A DNA stretch of 64,000 nucleotides, taken from assembly GCA_038087875.1 (NCBI GenBank), contig JAXLNO010004250.1, forward strand, positions 248,001-312,000, written 5' to 3'. Within the stretch, counting starts at the first letter, position 1, and each line of letters begins with the position of its first letter. Of this stretch, positions 1-11,500 are shown one piece after another. Made by a program: the position numbers and the translations under genes. The notes beneath the pieces are model-generated. The model saw only the letters and a list, made by a program, of their open reading frames with translations, ran no database searches and had not been told where the DNA came from. The stretch comes from Malacoraja senta. Lineage: Eukaryota.

Positions 1-388
1 TGATTTGACGAACTGTACACTACAAGGGCCAGGAAGCGAGTGGGCAAGATCATCTCTTACCCCTCTCACCCTGGCCACAAACTCTTTGAATCACTTCCCA
101 CTGGAAGGCGACTCCGGACTTTCAAAGCTGCCACAGCCAGACATAAAAACAGCTTTTTTCCACGAGTAGTAGCTCTACTCAATAACCAAAAATCTGTAGC
201 CTCCTTTTGCTCTGGTATTTTATTTTATTCACATGTTTAATCAATAATGTTTAATTATTAATGTTTAATGTTTTATGTGTCATTCATAACTATCAATGTA
301 TGTCATGTTGTCACTTGTGGGCGAAGCACCAAGGCAAATTCCTTGTATGTGAATACTTGCCCAATAAACTTATTCATTCATTCATTCA
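1..388 (+). mobile_element. Rex1/Babar-type LINE, 3' end
   Basis: ORF 40-240 (LPTGRRLRTFKAATARHKNSFFPRVVALLN) resembles the C-terminus of the Rex ORFs at 19.3 kb and 25.5 kb; followed by AATAAA and a (TTCA)n tail. Confidence 0.75.
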
Positions 389-446
389 TAACATGGGCCA
401 CGGAACCGGGTGCTGCAGCCCCCCACTTTTTTAGCTAGACATGTTT

Positions 447-1861
447 CATAGATACATAGATACATAGAAAATAGGTGCAGGAGTAGGCCATTCGGCCCTT
501 CGAGCCTGCACCGCCATTCAATATGATCATGGCTGATCATCCAACTCAGTATCCCGTACCTGCCTTCTCTCCATACCCCCTGATCCCTTTAGCCACAAGG
601 GCCACATCTAACTCCCTCTTAAATATAGCCAATGAACTGGCCTCAACTACCCTCTGTGGCAGAGAGTTCCAGAGATTCACCACTCTGTGTGAAAACGTTT
701 TTCCTCATCTCGGTCTTAAAGGATTTCCCCCTTATCCTTAAGCTGTGACCCCTTGTCCTGGACTTCCCCAACATCGGGAACAATCTTCCTGCATCGAGCC
801 TGTCCAACCCCATAAGAATTTTGTACGTTTCTATAAGATCCCCTCTCAATCTCCTAAATTCCAGCGAGTATAAGCCAAGTCTATCCATTCTTCATATGAA
901 AGTCCTGACACCCCAGGAATCAGTCTGGTGAACCTTCTCTGCACTCCCTCTATGGCTATAATGTACTTCCTCAGTTTGGAGACCAAAACTGTACGCAATA
1001 CTCCAGGTGTGGTCTCACCAAGACCCTGTACAACTGCAGTAGAACCTCCCTGCTCCTATACTCAAATCCTCTTGCTATGAAAGCCAGCATACCATTCGCT
1101 TTCTTCACTGCCTGCTGCACCTGCATGCCTACTTTCAATGACTGGTGTACCATGACACCCAGGTCTCGCTGCATCTCCCCATTTCCTAATCGGCCACCAT
1201 TTAGATAATAGTCTGCCTTCCCGTTTTTGCCACCAAAGTGGATAACCTCACATTTATCCACATTATACTGCATCTGCCAAACATTTGCCCACACACCCAG
1301 CCTATCCAAGTCACCTTGCAGTCTCCTAGCATCCTCGTCACAGCTAACACTGCCTTAGTGTCATCTGCAAACTTGGAGATGTTGCTTTCAATTCCCTCAT
1401 CCAGCTCATTAATATAAATTGTAAATAGCTGGGGTCCCAGCACTGAGCCTTGCGGTATCGCACTAGTCACTGCCTGCCATTGTGAAAAGGACCCGTTTAC
1501 TCCTACTCTTTGCTTCCTGTTTGCCAGCCAGTTCTCTATCCACATCAATACTGAACCCCCAATACCGTGTGATTTAAGTTTGTATCCTAATCTCTTATGT
1601 GGTACCTTGTCGAAAGCCTTCTGAAAGTCCAGATACAACACATCCACTGGTTCTCCCCTATCCAGTCCACTAGTTACATCCTCGAAAAATTCTATAAGAT
1701 TCGTCAGACATGATTTACCTTTCGTAAATCCATGCTGACTTTGTCCAATGATTTCACCACTTTCCAAATGTGCTGCTATCCCATCTTTAATAACTGACTC
1801 TAGCAGTTTCCCCACTACCGTTGTTAGACTAACTGGTCTGTAATTCCCCGTTTTCTCTCTC
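447..1861 (-). mobile_element. CR1 LINE, 5'-truncated, 3' part (RT domain and tail)
   Basis: ORFs 1201-1863, 971-1309 and 643-888 give CR1 RT motifs ([49 protein letters not shown]) broken by frameshifts; CATAGA-type microsatellite tail at 447-470. Confidence 0.95.
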
Positions 1862-2824
1862 AAGTAATCAAGTCAAGTCAAGTAATCAAGTTTCCTTTAT
1901 TGTCATTCAGACCTTTCGGTCTGAACGAAATTGTGATGCCTGCAGTCATACACAGAACCAATAATAACAAAACATACAATAAACACAAATTAAACATCCA
2001 CCACAGTGAGTTCACCAAGCACACCCTCACTGTGATGGAGGCAAAGTCTTAGTCTCTGTCTCTTCCCTCCTTGTTCTCCCTCTGCGCTGAGGCGATCGAT
2101 CCAGGCCGAAGATCCCGCCCTCCAGTCCAGCGGACCTCCGTGGTGATGTCGCCGCCGCCGCCGAAAGCCGGAACGCCGTCTCCGCTGCGAGACGGCCCGC
2201 CACAGCATCAGCTCCGGGTCCCGCAATCTCTGCTCCAGGCCGCTGCACCAGCTCCGGGTCCCGCAGTCTCCGCTCCGAGCCGCCGCCCCAGCTCCAGGTC
2301 CCGCAGTCTCCGCTCTGGACCCCGCTGTATCAGCTCCAGGTCCCGCAGTCTCCGCTCCGGACCCCGCTGTATCAGCTCCAGGTCCCGCAGACTCCGCTGC
2401 GGACCCCGCTGTATCAGCTCCAGGTCCCGCAGTCTCCGCTCCGGACCCCGCTGTATCAGCTCCAGGCTGCCGCCGAAAGCCAGAACGCCGCACCAGCAAG
2501 TCGGGCCACCGCTGCCTCAGCCCCGAAGACGGCCAGCCTCTCGTTGGTATGTCCTGGCTGGCTCTGACTCCGTAGCCTCGGGGTTGGTCGCAGGATGGAG
2601 GCGGCCAGCTCCGCCATTAGGCCTCACGGCAGACGGAGGCAGGGAAGGGGGGATACGACACGAAAAAGTCGCATTCCCCCAAAGGAGGAGACAGAGGACA
2701 TGTTTCTCCCCCCCAAACACAACCCAACAAACTAAAACTTAACAAAACAAGACAAAAAAAAACAACAGAAAAAGTAAAAACAGACGGACTGCAGGCGAGC
2801 CGCAGCCGATTAAAAGCGCCGCCA
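1862..2824 (-). mobile_element. Non-autonomous LINE-derived (Rex-like tail) insertion splitting the CR1
   Basis: CR1 sequence stops at 1861 and resumes at 2825 (ttctctctc|cctccc) with a CTC duplication; the insert ends in GACAATAAA plus a (CTTGA)n tail; related sequence occurs at 35.4-35.9 kb and 43.4-44.2 kb. Confidence 0.75.
2206..2466. repeat. 42-bp GC-rich tandem repeat (about 6 units)
   Basis: Unit GTATCAGCTCCAGGTCCCGCAGTCTCCGCTCCGGACCCCGCT; produces the 14-aa repeats in ORFs 1990-2499 and 2071-2742. Confidence 0.9.
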
Positions 2825-2964
2825 CTCCCTCCCTTCTTAAAAAGTGGGGTTACGTTTGCTACCCTCCAATCCTCAGGAACTACTCCAGAATCTAAAGAGT
2901 TTTGAAAAATTATCACTAATGCATCCACTATTTCTGGAGCTACTTCCTTAAGTACTCTGGGTAC
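2825..2964 (-). mobile_element. CR1 LINE, 5' continuation of the 447-1861 copy
   Basis: Encodes RVLKEVAPEIVDALVIIFQNSLDSGVVPEDWRVANVTPLFKKG, contiguous with the RT fragment once the insert is removed. Confidence 0.9.
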
Positions 2965-2983
2965 TTCCTTAAGTACTCGTCCA

Positions 2984-3465
2984 AATGTCTCTGCCTTTGG
3001 ACGAGACGCTGCTGTGCTCTGAGCAACCTGGTCGTGGGTGTTGGAGAGCCGGGGCGGAGGGAGGGATGGATGGAAGCAGAAGCAGCGGCGTGGGGCAGAT
3101 GCGGACGGGGAGCCGGGGCTGGCGAGTGTTTGCCGGGCTGGCGAGTCGCTCGCTGCAGCTCCGGACATGGAGCAGCCTCAGTGCAAGAATCCCGTGCCAT
3201 TGGAGGCGTTGTGCCACTGCCGTGAGAGTCTCTGCGCCCAATTCGCCCTGGTGACCGGCATGGACCAGGCTGCGGCTCTATCTTCCACTGCTTCTACCCA
3301 GTGCTTGGTACCTACTACCAGCAGCCACTGGTTGTCCTCCAGGATGCACGGAGCCGCAGCCTGGTCCATGCCGGTGACCGGGGCGAATTCATATAATAGT
3401 GGCCTTCAAATGGGGGTGGTTGCAGAAAGCATCCTGCTTGCCTGCTAGATTTTCACTTACTGTAA
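2984..3465 (+). pseudogene. Rearranged copy of TDP2-like first exon (UBA-like) plus intron start
   Basis: ATG at 3167 gives MEQPQCKNPVPLEALCHCRESLCAQFALVTGMDQAAA; the rest of the exon (CILEDNQWLL|gtaggt) is inverted at 3278-3351; the region is an inverted paralog of 5885-6378. Confidence 0.55.
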
Positions 3466-3905
3466 CTGCAGGAAAAAATGTTCCGGATGTTGGGGGAGTC
3501 CAGAACCAGGGGTCACAGTTTAAGAATAAGAATCTGTGGAATTCCCTGCACAGAAGGCAGTGGATGCCAATTCACTGGATGTTTTCAAGAGTGGTGGAGG
3601 TATAATGTAGTCAAAGAGTGATACAGTGTGAAAACAGGTCCTTCGGCCCAACTTGCCTACACCCGCCAACATGTCCCAGCTACACTTACCTGCTTTTGGT
3701 CCATATCCCTCCAAACATGTATCAGTCTAACTGTTTCTTAAATGCTGGGATAGTCCCTGCCTGAACTACCTCCTCTGGCAGCTTGTTCCATACACCCACC
3801 ACCCTTTGTGTGGAAAAAGGTACCCCTCAGATTCCTATGAAATCTTTTCCCCTTCACCTTACATCTGTCCTCTGGTCCTCGATTCACCTACTCTGGGCAA
3901 AAGAC
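3466..3905. mobile_element. Mosaic of short CR1 3' fragments
   Basis: CR1 3' motifs (gatgttgggggagtccagaaccaggggtcacag; ggatagtccctgcctgaactacctcc) in both orientations. Confidence 0.8.
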
Positions 3906-4589
3906 TCACTGCATTGAAATGGATATTTCAAATGCATTTTAGATTTCTCGAAAGTGCTACTTTTAAAAAAGTTACGTTTCCACAAACATATACCCCCTTT
4001 ATTAATGTCATGGTTTGATGATTCTAAATTCAAATCAAAATGAAATTTACATCAAAACAAGAACGCATACTTTTAAAATACTCCGATTTTTTCCACGTGC
4101 AAAACATAATTTGTATGACTTTGCAAAATCAGGATATGTTATGATTATTTCTTCTCCCTTTTTCCAACTACAAACAAAAAAAAAACACTTGAAATTATAA
4201 CACATTTTTTAAAAAAGTGTCAACATTTCTGTACCGTGGAAGGCACTGGCGTCGATCTGGGGGGGAGGGGGGATGGGGGATCCCCCCCCCGACACTTTTT
4301 GAGGTGGGGGATGGCCTGTATTATTATTCCCCAGTTTTTGGAGGTCGAGCAATAACAAAAATAATAATCACCTGCTCCTACCTCTCCTCTCATGAGGGCC
4401 CTACATTATCTTAAAAATACTTTAAAAAAAAACATTGAAATCATACTTCTACAATGCACTAAAACATGATTTTAATACATCAAATTTCAAAAAGTCCCTC
4501 CTGTGGGAGGGGGGGGGGGGGTGTGCCCCATCCCACACCCTCCACCCAATGCTTCAAAATCAAATGGTCGAGATTTATTGCCATATATA

Positions 4590-4820
4590 CTCGCATAGAA
4601 ATATCGAAAATAGGTGCAGCAATAGGCCTTACGCCCTTTCGAGCCAGCACTCAATATGATCATGGCTGTTCATCTAAAATAAGTACCCCTTTCTTGTTTT
4701 TTCCCCCAATTCCCCTGATTTCACTAGCCCCAAGAGTGAAATGTAACTCTCTCTGGAAAACATCCAATGAATTGGCCTCCACTGCCTTCTGTGGCAGAGA
4801 ATTCCACAGATTCACAACTG
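4590..4820 (-). mobile_element. CR1 3' end fragment
   Basis: Same 3' UTR and tail as the 447-660 copy (aaaataggtgcagc...ggcagagaattccacagattcac). Confidence 0.8.
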
Positions 4821-4834
4821 TGTCCTCATCTCAG

Positions 4835-5875
4835 TCCACCATCCAGTGGATGTTGTCTATATGGACTTCAGTAAGGCCTTTGACAAAGTTCTACATGGAA
4901 GGTTGATTAAGAAGGTTCAATTGTTGGGTATTAATAGTGGAGTAGCAAGATGGATTCAACAGTGGCTGAATGGGAGATACCAATGAGTAATGGTGGATAA
5001 CAAGTAGATTTTCAAAGTCTACAGAGAGATTTAGGGCATTTGGAAGTGGGCTGAAAGATGGCAGATGGAGTTTAATGCTGATAAGTGTGAGGTGCCAAAT
5101 CTTGGCACGACAAATCAAAATAGGACGTACATGGTAAATGGTAGCGAATTGAGGAATGCAGTTGAACAGAGGGATCTAGGAATAACTGTGCATAGTTCCC
5201 TGAAGGTGGAATCTCATGTAGATAGGGAGGTAAAGAAAGCTTTTGGTGTGCCTTTATAAATCAGAACATTGAGTATAGAAGTTGGGATGTAATGTTAAAA
5301 TTGTACAAGGCATTGGTGAGACCAATTCTGGAATATGGTGTACACTTTTGGTCGCCAAATTATAGGAAAGATGTCAACAAAATAGAGAGAGTCCAGAAGA
5401 GATTTACTAGAATGTTGCCTGGGTTTCATTGCCTAAGTTACAGAGAAAGGTTGAACAAGATAGGTCTTTATTCTTTGGAGTGCAGAAGGTTAAGGGAGGA
5501 CTTGATAGAGGTCTTTAAAATTATGAGAGGGATAGACAGAGTTGACGTGGATAAGCTATTTCCATTGAGAGTGGAGAAGATTCAAACAAGAGGACATGAT
5601 TTGAGAATTAAGGGACAAAAGTTTAGGGGTAACATGAGGGGGCACTTCTTTACTCAGAGAGTGGTAGCTGTGTGGAATGAGCTTCCAGTGGAAGTGGTGG
5701 AGGCAGGTTCGATTTTATCATTTAAAAATAAATTGGATAGGTTTATGGACGGGAAAGGAATGGAGGGTTATGGTCTGAGTGCAGGTAGATGGAACTAGGT
5801 GAGAGTAAGTGTTTGGCACAGACTCGAAGGGCCGAGATGGCCTGTTTCCGTGCTGTAATTGTTATATGGTTACAT
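4835..5875 (+). mobile_element. CR1 LINE (second subfamily), 5'-truncated
   Basis: ORF 5292-5798 (LYKALVRPILEYGVHFWSPNYRKDVNKIERVQKRFTRMLPG...) with upstream RT remnants (VDVVYMDFSKAFDKV). Confidence 0.9.
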
Positions 5876-6052
5876 GGCCTACCCCTTATTCTTAAACTGT
5901 GACCCCTGGTTCTGGACTCCCCCAACATAGGGAACATTTTTCCTGCAGTTACAGTAAGTGAAAATCCTGCAGGCAAGTATGATGCTTTCTCCAACCACCC
6001 CCATTTGAAGGCCACTATCTTCCACCGCTTCTACCCAGTGCTTGGTACCTAC

Positions 6053-6199
6053 TTCCAGCAGCCACTGGTTGTCCTCCACGATGCACCGAGCCGCAGCCTG
6101 ATCCATGCCGGTCACCAGGGCGAATTGGGCGTAGAGACTCTCACGGCAGCGGCGCAACGTCTCAGACGGCCCGGGACTCTTGCACTGAGGCTGCTCCAT
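6053..6199 (-). pseudogene. TDP2: TDP2-like exon 1 (UBA-like N-terminal domain): intact ATG, ORF and splice donor, no downstream exons seen
   Basis: gccATGG start; 49 codons MEQPQCKSPGPSETLRRCRESLYAQFALVTGMDQAAARCIVEDNQWLLE followed by a phase-0 GTAGGT donor. The pattern FAxVxxxDxAxAxCxxxxNxWxxE matches the TDP2 UBA-like domain as recalled (human RRLLCVEFASVASCDAAVAQCFLAENDWEME); not database-verified. Confidence 0.55.
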
Positions 6200-6480
6200 G
6201 GCCGGAGCTGCAGCGAGCGACTCGCCAGCCCGGCAAACACTCGCCAGCCCGGGCTCCCCGTCCGCATCTGTCCCCCGCCGGTGCTGCTGCTTCCATCCAT
6301 CCATCCGCCCCCGCTCTCCAACACCCACGACCAGGTTGCTCAGAGCACAGCAGCCTCTCGTCCAAGGCCGGAGACATTGAAGTATGTCTCGCCAAAAATG
6401 TGTGTGTGTGTGGGGGGCTGCAGTCCCCGGTTCCGCGGCCCATGTCCATATTCTGGACTCCATCTCCCATGATTCTCAGT

Positions 6481-6508
6481 CTGAAGAAGGATCTCGACCC
6501 GAAACGTC
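6481..6508 (+). ncRNA. Minimal type I hammerhead-ribozyme-like motif of a Penelope-derived SINE end (one stem II mismatch)
   Basis: CTGAAGA-AGGATC-TC-GACCC-GAAA-C-GTC: CUGANGA core, stem II, GAAA and a GUC triplet. Confidence 0.5.
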
Positions 6509-6512
6509 ACCC

Positions 6513-7297
6513 TGTAGCGGCCCCTAGTGGCTGAACTGTGTATTAGAGAACCCTCGTCAGATGCCGGGTCTGTCACGTGACAGGGTTGGTGCGCGGGGCC
6601 GGGCCTCTCACGTGACAGGGTTGGTGCGCGGGGCCGGGTCTGTCATGTGACAGGGTTGGTGCGCGGGGCCGGGTCTGTCACGTGACAGGGTTGGTGCGCG
6701 GGCTTTTGACAGTTGACGGTTGACGGTTGGTGTTTGACAGTTGACGGTTGGTGTTTGACGGTTGACGGTTAACAGTTGGCGGTTGGTGTTTGACGGTTGA
6801 AGGTTGACAGTTGACGGTTGACGGTTGACGGTTAACAGTTGAAGGTTGACAGTTGACGGTTGGTGTTTCTACGTGGACCAAGGAACCGCAAGTCGCTTAA
6901 TTCCTCGCCTCCAACAAGCGCCGGCCGAAGGCAAGTACGAGGGCCTAAAGGTACCGCTGCTGCGGACTTTCGGGCTCAGCCGCCGCGACCGGGCCTCCAT
7001 GATCCTGCACATGGACGGCCTCGGCGTGAACTGATGAGCGAAATGTTCTCGCTGATGGACGGTCACCGGCCTCGTCTTCTCGTTGACCAGGCGTTCGGCA
7101 GCGACTTCACCGGCCCCCTGCAACTCGCCGAGGGAGATGTCGAGCTGTGGCAAGACAAGCAGCAACATGGCGGCGCTTCCATCAGCCGGGTGGGTGTCTG
7201 CAGCTCCATGACGGCCTCGACGGCCGATTCCACCAACAACTCAGCGTCGCAACCGGCAGCAGCAGATACCGGTAAGCTGCGTCTGTCTTGGTCCTAA
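6513..7297 (+). mobile_element. Gypsy/Ty3 LTR-retrotransposon remnant (possible LTR start TGTAG plus degenerate gag)
   Basis: Translations KYEGLKVPLLRTFGLSRRDRASMILHMDGLG and ELMSEMFSLMDGHRPRLLVDQAF...LQLAEGD...LWQDKQ resemble Gypsy gag (YxxLKxxLLxxFGLSxxERAxxLLHxxGLGDRKPSELMxEML). Confidence 0.6.
6570..6862. repeat. Two adjacent tandem arrays: about 33-bp unit (TGTCACGTGACAGGGTTGGTGCGCGGGGCCGGG, about 4 copies), then 7-bp TTGAC(G/A)G units
   Basis: Directly visible in the sequence. Confidence 0.9.
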
Positions 7298-7365
7298 TTC
7301 CTACCAAATTAGGAATGTTACAACATTTTAAGATTAAAAAAATCAAGTCTGTAATTTATTCCATT

Positions 7366-8561
7366 AGATAAAGCTTAAAAAGAACTTTAATTTGATACCA
7401 AATTCACTTTCATATCTTCAGTATTAAAAAAGTTATGGTCATTTTCATACTCGGACATTGGCATCTTGTTCCCTATTGCTTTTCCATTCACTTAACACAA
7501 AAGCTGTGATCCAGGACAGTCAAAAGCCCATAACTTTCTTAAAAATTAAGAGAACTGAGTGAAATTTTCAGTTATTATAGATTGAAGCATTCGGGAAACA
7601 AATATGATACATCTTACTTGGATGGCTTGAAATTAAAGTATATAATTAGTTAATTACCTAATTAAGTAGCTAAATACAAAATTTCCCGTTGTGACGGAAA
7701 TAGTAATAAACACCCAGACTGCCTTGAAAATTCAAAAATGTGATATTCTCAAGATCAGAACTTTAATATTATTGTAACGTTAAAACAAATATTAAATACC
7801 CAACAAAAAAATCATATTCATCAGTCATCAAATCAATTCAATTCACTAAATTCAATTACTAGATCTAAACATCTATCCCATTCTTAAGAACATCTATCCC
7901 ATTCTTTAATTAGGTAATGTATCCAAATAACAAACTGATCCCATTCACATAAGAATTCAGAATATACCATGATTTTTAAATCTCACTTTGTCATGAATGT
8001 CTATGCCAAATGTAAGGAATTGAATGTTTAATTCCCATAAATTTTACTCTTTCTCACTGCAGCAGGCAAAGGCATTTGTTCAAAATCCAGAAACATCCAC
8101 TCAAGATAATCAAAATCATTATTTTTTGCACGTCGGAGGATTATTTGTTGTATGTCATGGCAGGTAGGGTGGAAGGTGAGGACACATAATCCTCCATCAT
8201 TTTCGCCACCTCCAACGTGACCCCACCACTTGCCACATCTCCCCATCTCTTCCCCTGTCTGCTTTCCGCAGAGACTGCTCCCTCCGTATCTCCCTGGTCT
8301 CGATTACTGCAACTCCCTTTACACTGGCATCAGCCAATCTTCCCAGTCCCGCCTGCAACTGGTCCAAAACGCCGCAGCAAGACTCCTGATGGGCACCCGA
8401 AAAAGGGACCACATCACCCTGATTCTGGCCTCACTCCACTGACTCCCTGTGCTGTTTCGAATAAATTTCAAGATCCTTCTTTATGTTTACAAAGCCCTTA
8501 ACAGGCTTGCTCCCACCTACATCAAAAGTCTGCTTACCCACCACACCACCTCCAGGTCCCT
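7366..8561 (+). repeat. Direct repeat copy 1 (1196 bp) of the segment flanking the L1
   Basis: Matches 13024-14217 over its length; by eye about 8 substitutions and one 2-bp indel. Confidence 0.95.
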
Positions 8562-11500
8562 AAAGGCAGCGGGGCTAACGTCACAACATCTACGCCGGAA
8601 GCGATATAGATGTCGTACCCCACAGACGAGTGGGACACTCACTACGGTGTTGAAATCTCAGACACCGTACACTTATTTGATATAATTTTATTTTTTATTT
8701 TTATCACAATACGTCACATCTATGTGTTTTCTTTCCAAGGACAATCGCGGAGGAGAACTACCAAGGAAGTCTATAATAGAAATGCCCCCAAAATAACCAG
8801 AGTCCTGAGGTATGAATGCACCATAATAAATAAGATCAATAAAATTGGTAAAAATGTATGATGATAATCAAAAGAAAATGGGAGGAATCACACTATGTAG
8901 CTGGAATATAAGGGGTATTAATGAACCTATTAAAAGGAGCAAGGTACTAGCTCAGTTGAAATCATACAACACGGACATTTCGTTTCTACAGGAAACGCAT
9001 CTTAAACATCAAGATCAGACGAGACTGAGGGCAAACTGGATAGGACAAACATTTCACTCTTCATTCACCTCCAAATCTAGAGGCACTGCAATCATTCGTA
9101 AAGGAATTCCATTTAAATCAAAGAATACTATTTTAGATAAGGAAGGGAGATACCTTATAGTAGCAGGAGAGATCAATAATACGCCAATTACGCTGGTAAA
9201 TATATACGCGCCCAATTTCGATAACCCTCAATTTTTTAATAAAATTCTGAATATAATTGCAGAATTTAATTTTCAAAATGTTATAATTGGAGGAGACTTT
9301 AACTGTGTTTTAGACCCTTATCTAGATAAATCGATGCAAAAACAAAAAGGTAATATGAAATCTAAAACCAGTGAACTTTTACATACATATATGGAAAACA
9401 CAAATATAGCAGATGTGTGGAGGATTGCAAACCCGACGGGAAGGGATTATTCGTTTTATTCAACGGTGCATAAAACATACTCACGGATAGACTACTTTCT
9501 TGTGGATACAAAATTAATTCCGCACACTATGAACGCTAAATATCACACTAATGCGATCTCAGACCACTCTCCGTTAACTTTTGTTTTAAAATTAGAAGGA
9601 ATGTCTATGAATAAATCGTTCTGGAGGTTTAACTCGCAAATTTTAAAAGACCCACAAGGGAGTATATATCTAAAAAAACAGATGGATCTATTTTTTGAGA
9701 TAAATGATACACCAGATATTTCCCCCACGCTATTATGGGAATCCTTCAAAGCATTTATTAGAGGAGTCATTATTTCATTCCAAGCTTATCAAAATAAAAA
9801 GAATAAGAATGAACAAAGACACTTAGAAGAACAAATAAAAACAATTAGATACAGATAATGCTAAAGACCCAACTATGGATAAACATAATAAAATCCTACT
9901 ATTGAAATTCAAGCTAAATAAATTACTGTCAGAGAAAGTTATAACATTATTTCAAATCACAAAACAAGAACACTTCGAATTCGGGGACAAACCCCACAAA
10001 CTCCTAGCACGCCAACTGAAAAAACGGGAAAAAGAGAATGCAATATTAAAGATTAAATCAGACAGAGGGGAATTAATAACACTACCCAAGGAGATCAATA
10101 AAAGATTTGCTCAATTTTACCAGAATTTATACACATCTAAAACGTTAATAGATAATAATAAAATCTCAGAATTCTTAGATAACTGTAACCTACCACAATT
10201 AGAACTGAGGGAACAAGAGGAACTGGGAGCACAAATCACTCCTAAGGAGATAGAAGACACAATAAAAACACTAAAGAATGGAAAAACACCAGGACCAGAC
10301 GGATTCAGTAATGAATTTTATAAATCTTTTTATGACATAGTTACTCCACGATTACAGAAAATGTATACACATGCTTTTAAAGAGCAAAACTTACCAGAAA
10401 CACTAGCAGAATCAACGATTATATTAATACTTAAAAAAGATAAAAATATAGAAGAACCAGGATCATATAGAGCTATAGCTTTGTTAAATACGGATCAAAA
10501 AATAATAGCGAAAACACTAGCCAGTAGACTAAGCAGGTATGTTAGTAGACTAATAAATGAGGATCAAACAGGATTTATACCTAAGAGACATTCATTTAAT
10601 AATTTGAGACGTTTGCTCAACATAATGCACTCGCATAAATCTCAGGACCAAGAGTTATCTATCATCTCATTGGACGCAGAAAAAGCGTTTGATCAAGTAG
10701 AATGGGACTATATGTTTAAAGTATTGCAAAAATTCCAATTGGGAGAGAACTTCATTGCATGGATAAAACTATTATATAACAAACCTACGGCTAGAATACT
10801 AACTAATAATATATTATCCTCGAAATTTGAACTATCAAGGGGCAATAGACAAGGATGTTCATTATCACCGCTGTTATTTGCTTTAGTAATTGAACCCCTT
10901 GCTGAAAAAATAAGAACACACATGGATATTTACGGTTATAATACAAAATATTCAAATAACAAAATATCCTTATATGCCGATGACGTACTATTATACATCA
11001 CAAAACCACAAATTAGTATACCAAATATATTAAATTTAATTGAGGACTTTGGATCCTTTTCAGGATATAGAATAAACTGGAACAAAAGTGAAATTATGTC
11101 GATAAAACCAAAAGACTCAACACACCTCAGGAAATTCCCTTTTAAAATAGCCATAGAAAAATTCAAATATTTGGGAATTGAAATTACTAGAAATTACCAG
11201 GATATGTTTAAAGCCAATTATAATCCCTTACTTAAGAAATTAAATAATATGATTAAATTCTGGAAAACACTTCCGATGTCCTTAAGAGGCAGAATAAATG
11301 CTATAAAAATGATTTTCTTACCACAAATCCTATACCTATTTCAATCAATACCTATATATATCCCAAAAAAGTTTTTCAAAAAATTGGACTCAGACATTAC
11401 AAATTTTATATGGGATTATAAATCCCATAGAATACAAAGAGCACACCTTAATAAACGAAAAGAGTTGGGGGGTCTCGCGCTCCCTAACTTTATGTATTAT

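Noticed and set aside
4240-4590. Possible MITE with G/C-run ends
   Set aside because: I could not identify matching terminal inverted repeats or a TSD.
8120-8200. Imperfect hairpin (ggaggattat...ataatcctcc) suggesting a Helitron 3' end
   Set aside because: There is no CTRR terminus at the expected distance, and the sequence is cut by a Penelope fragment.
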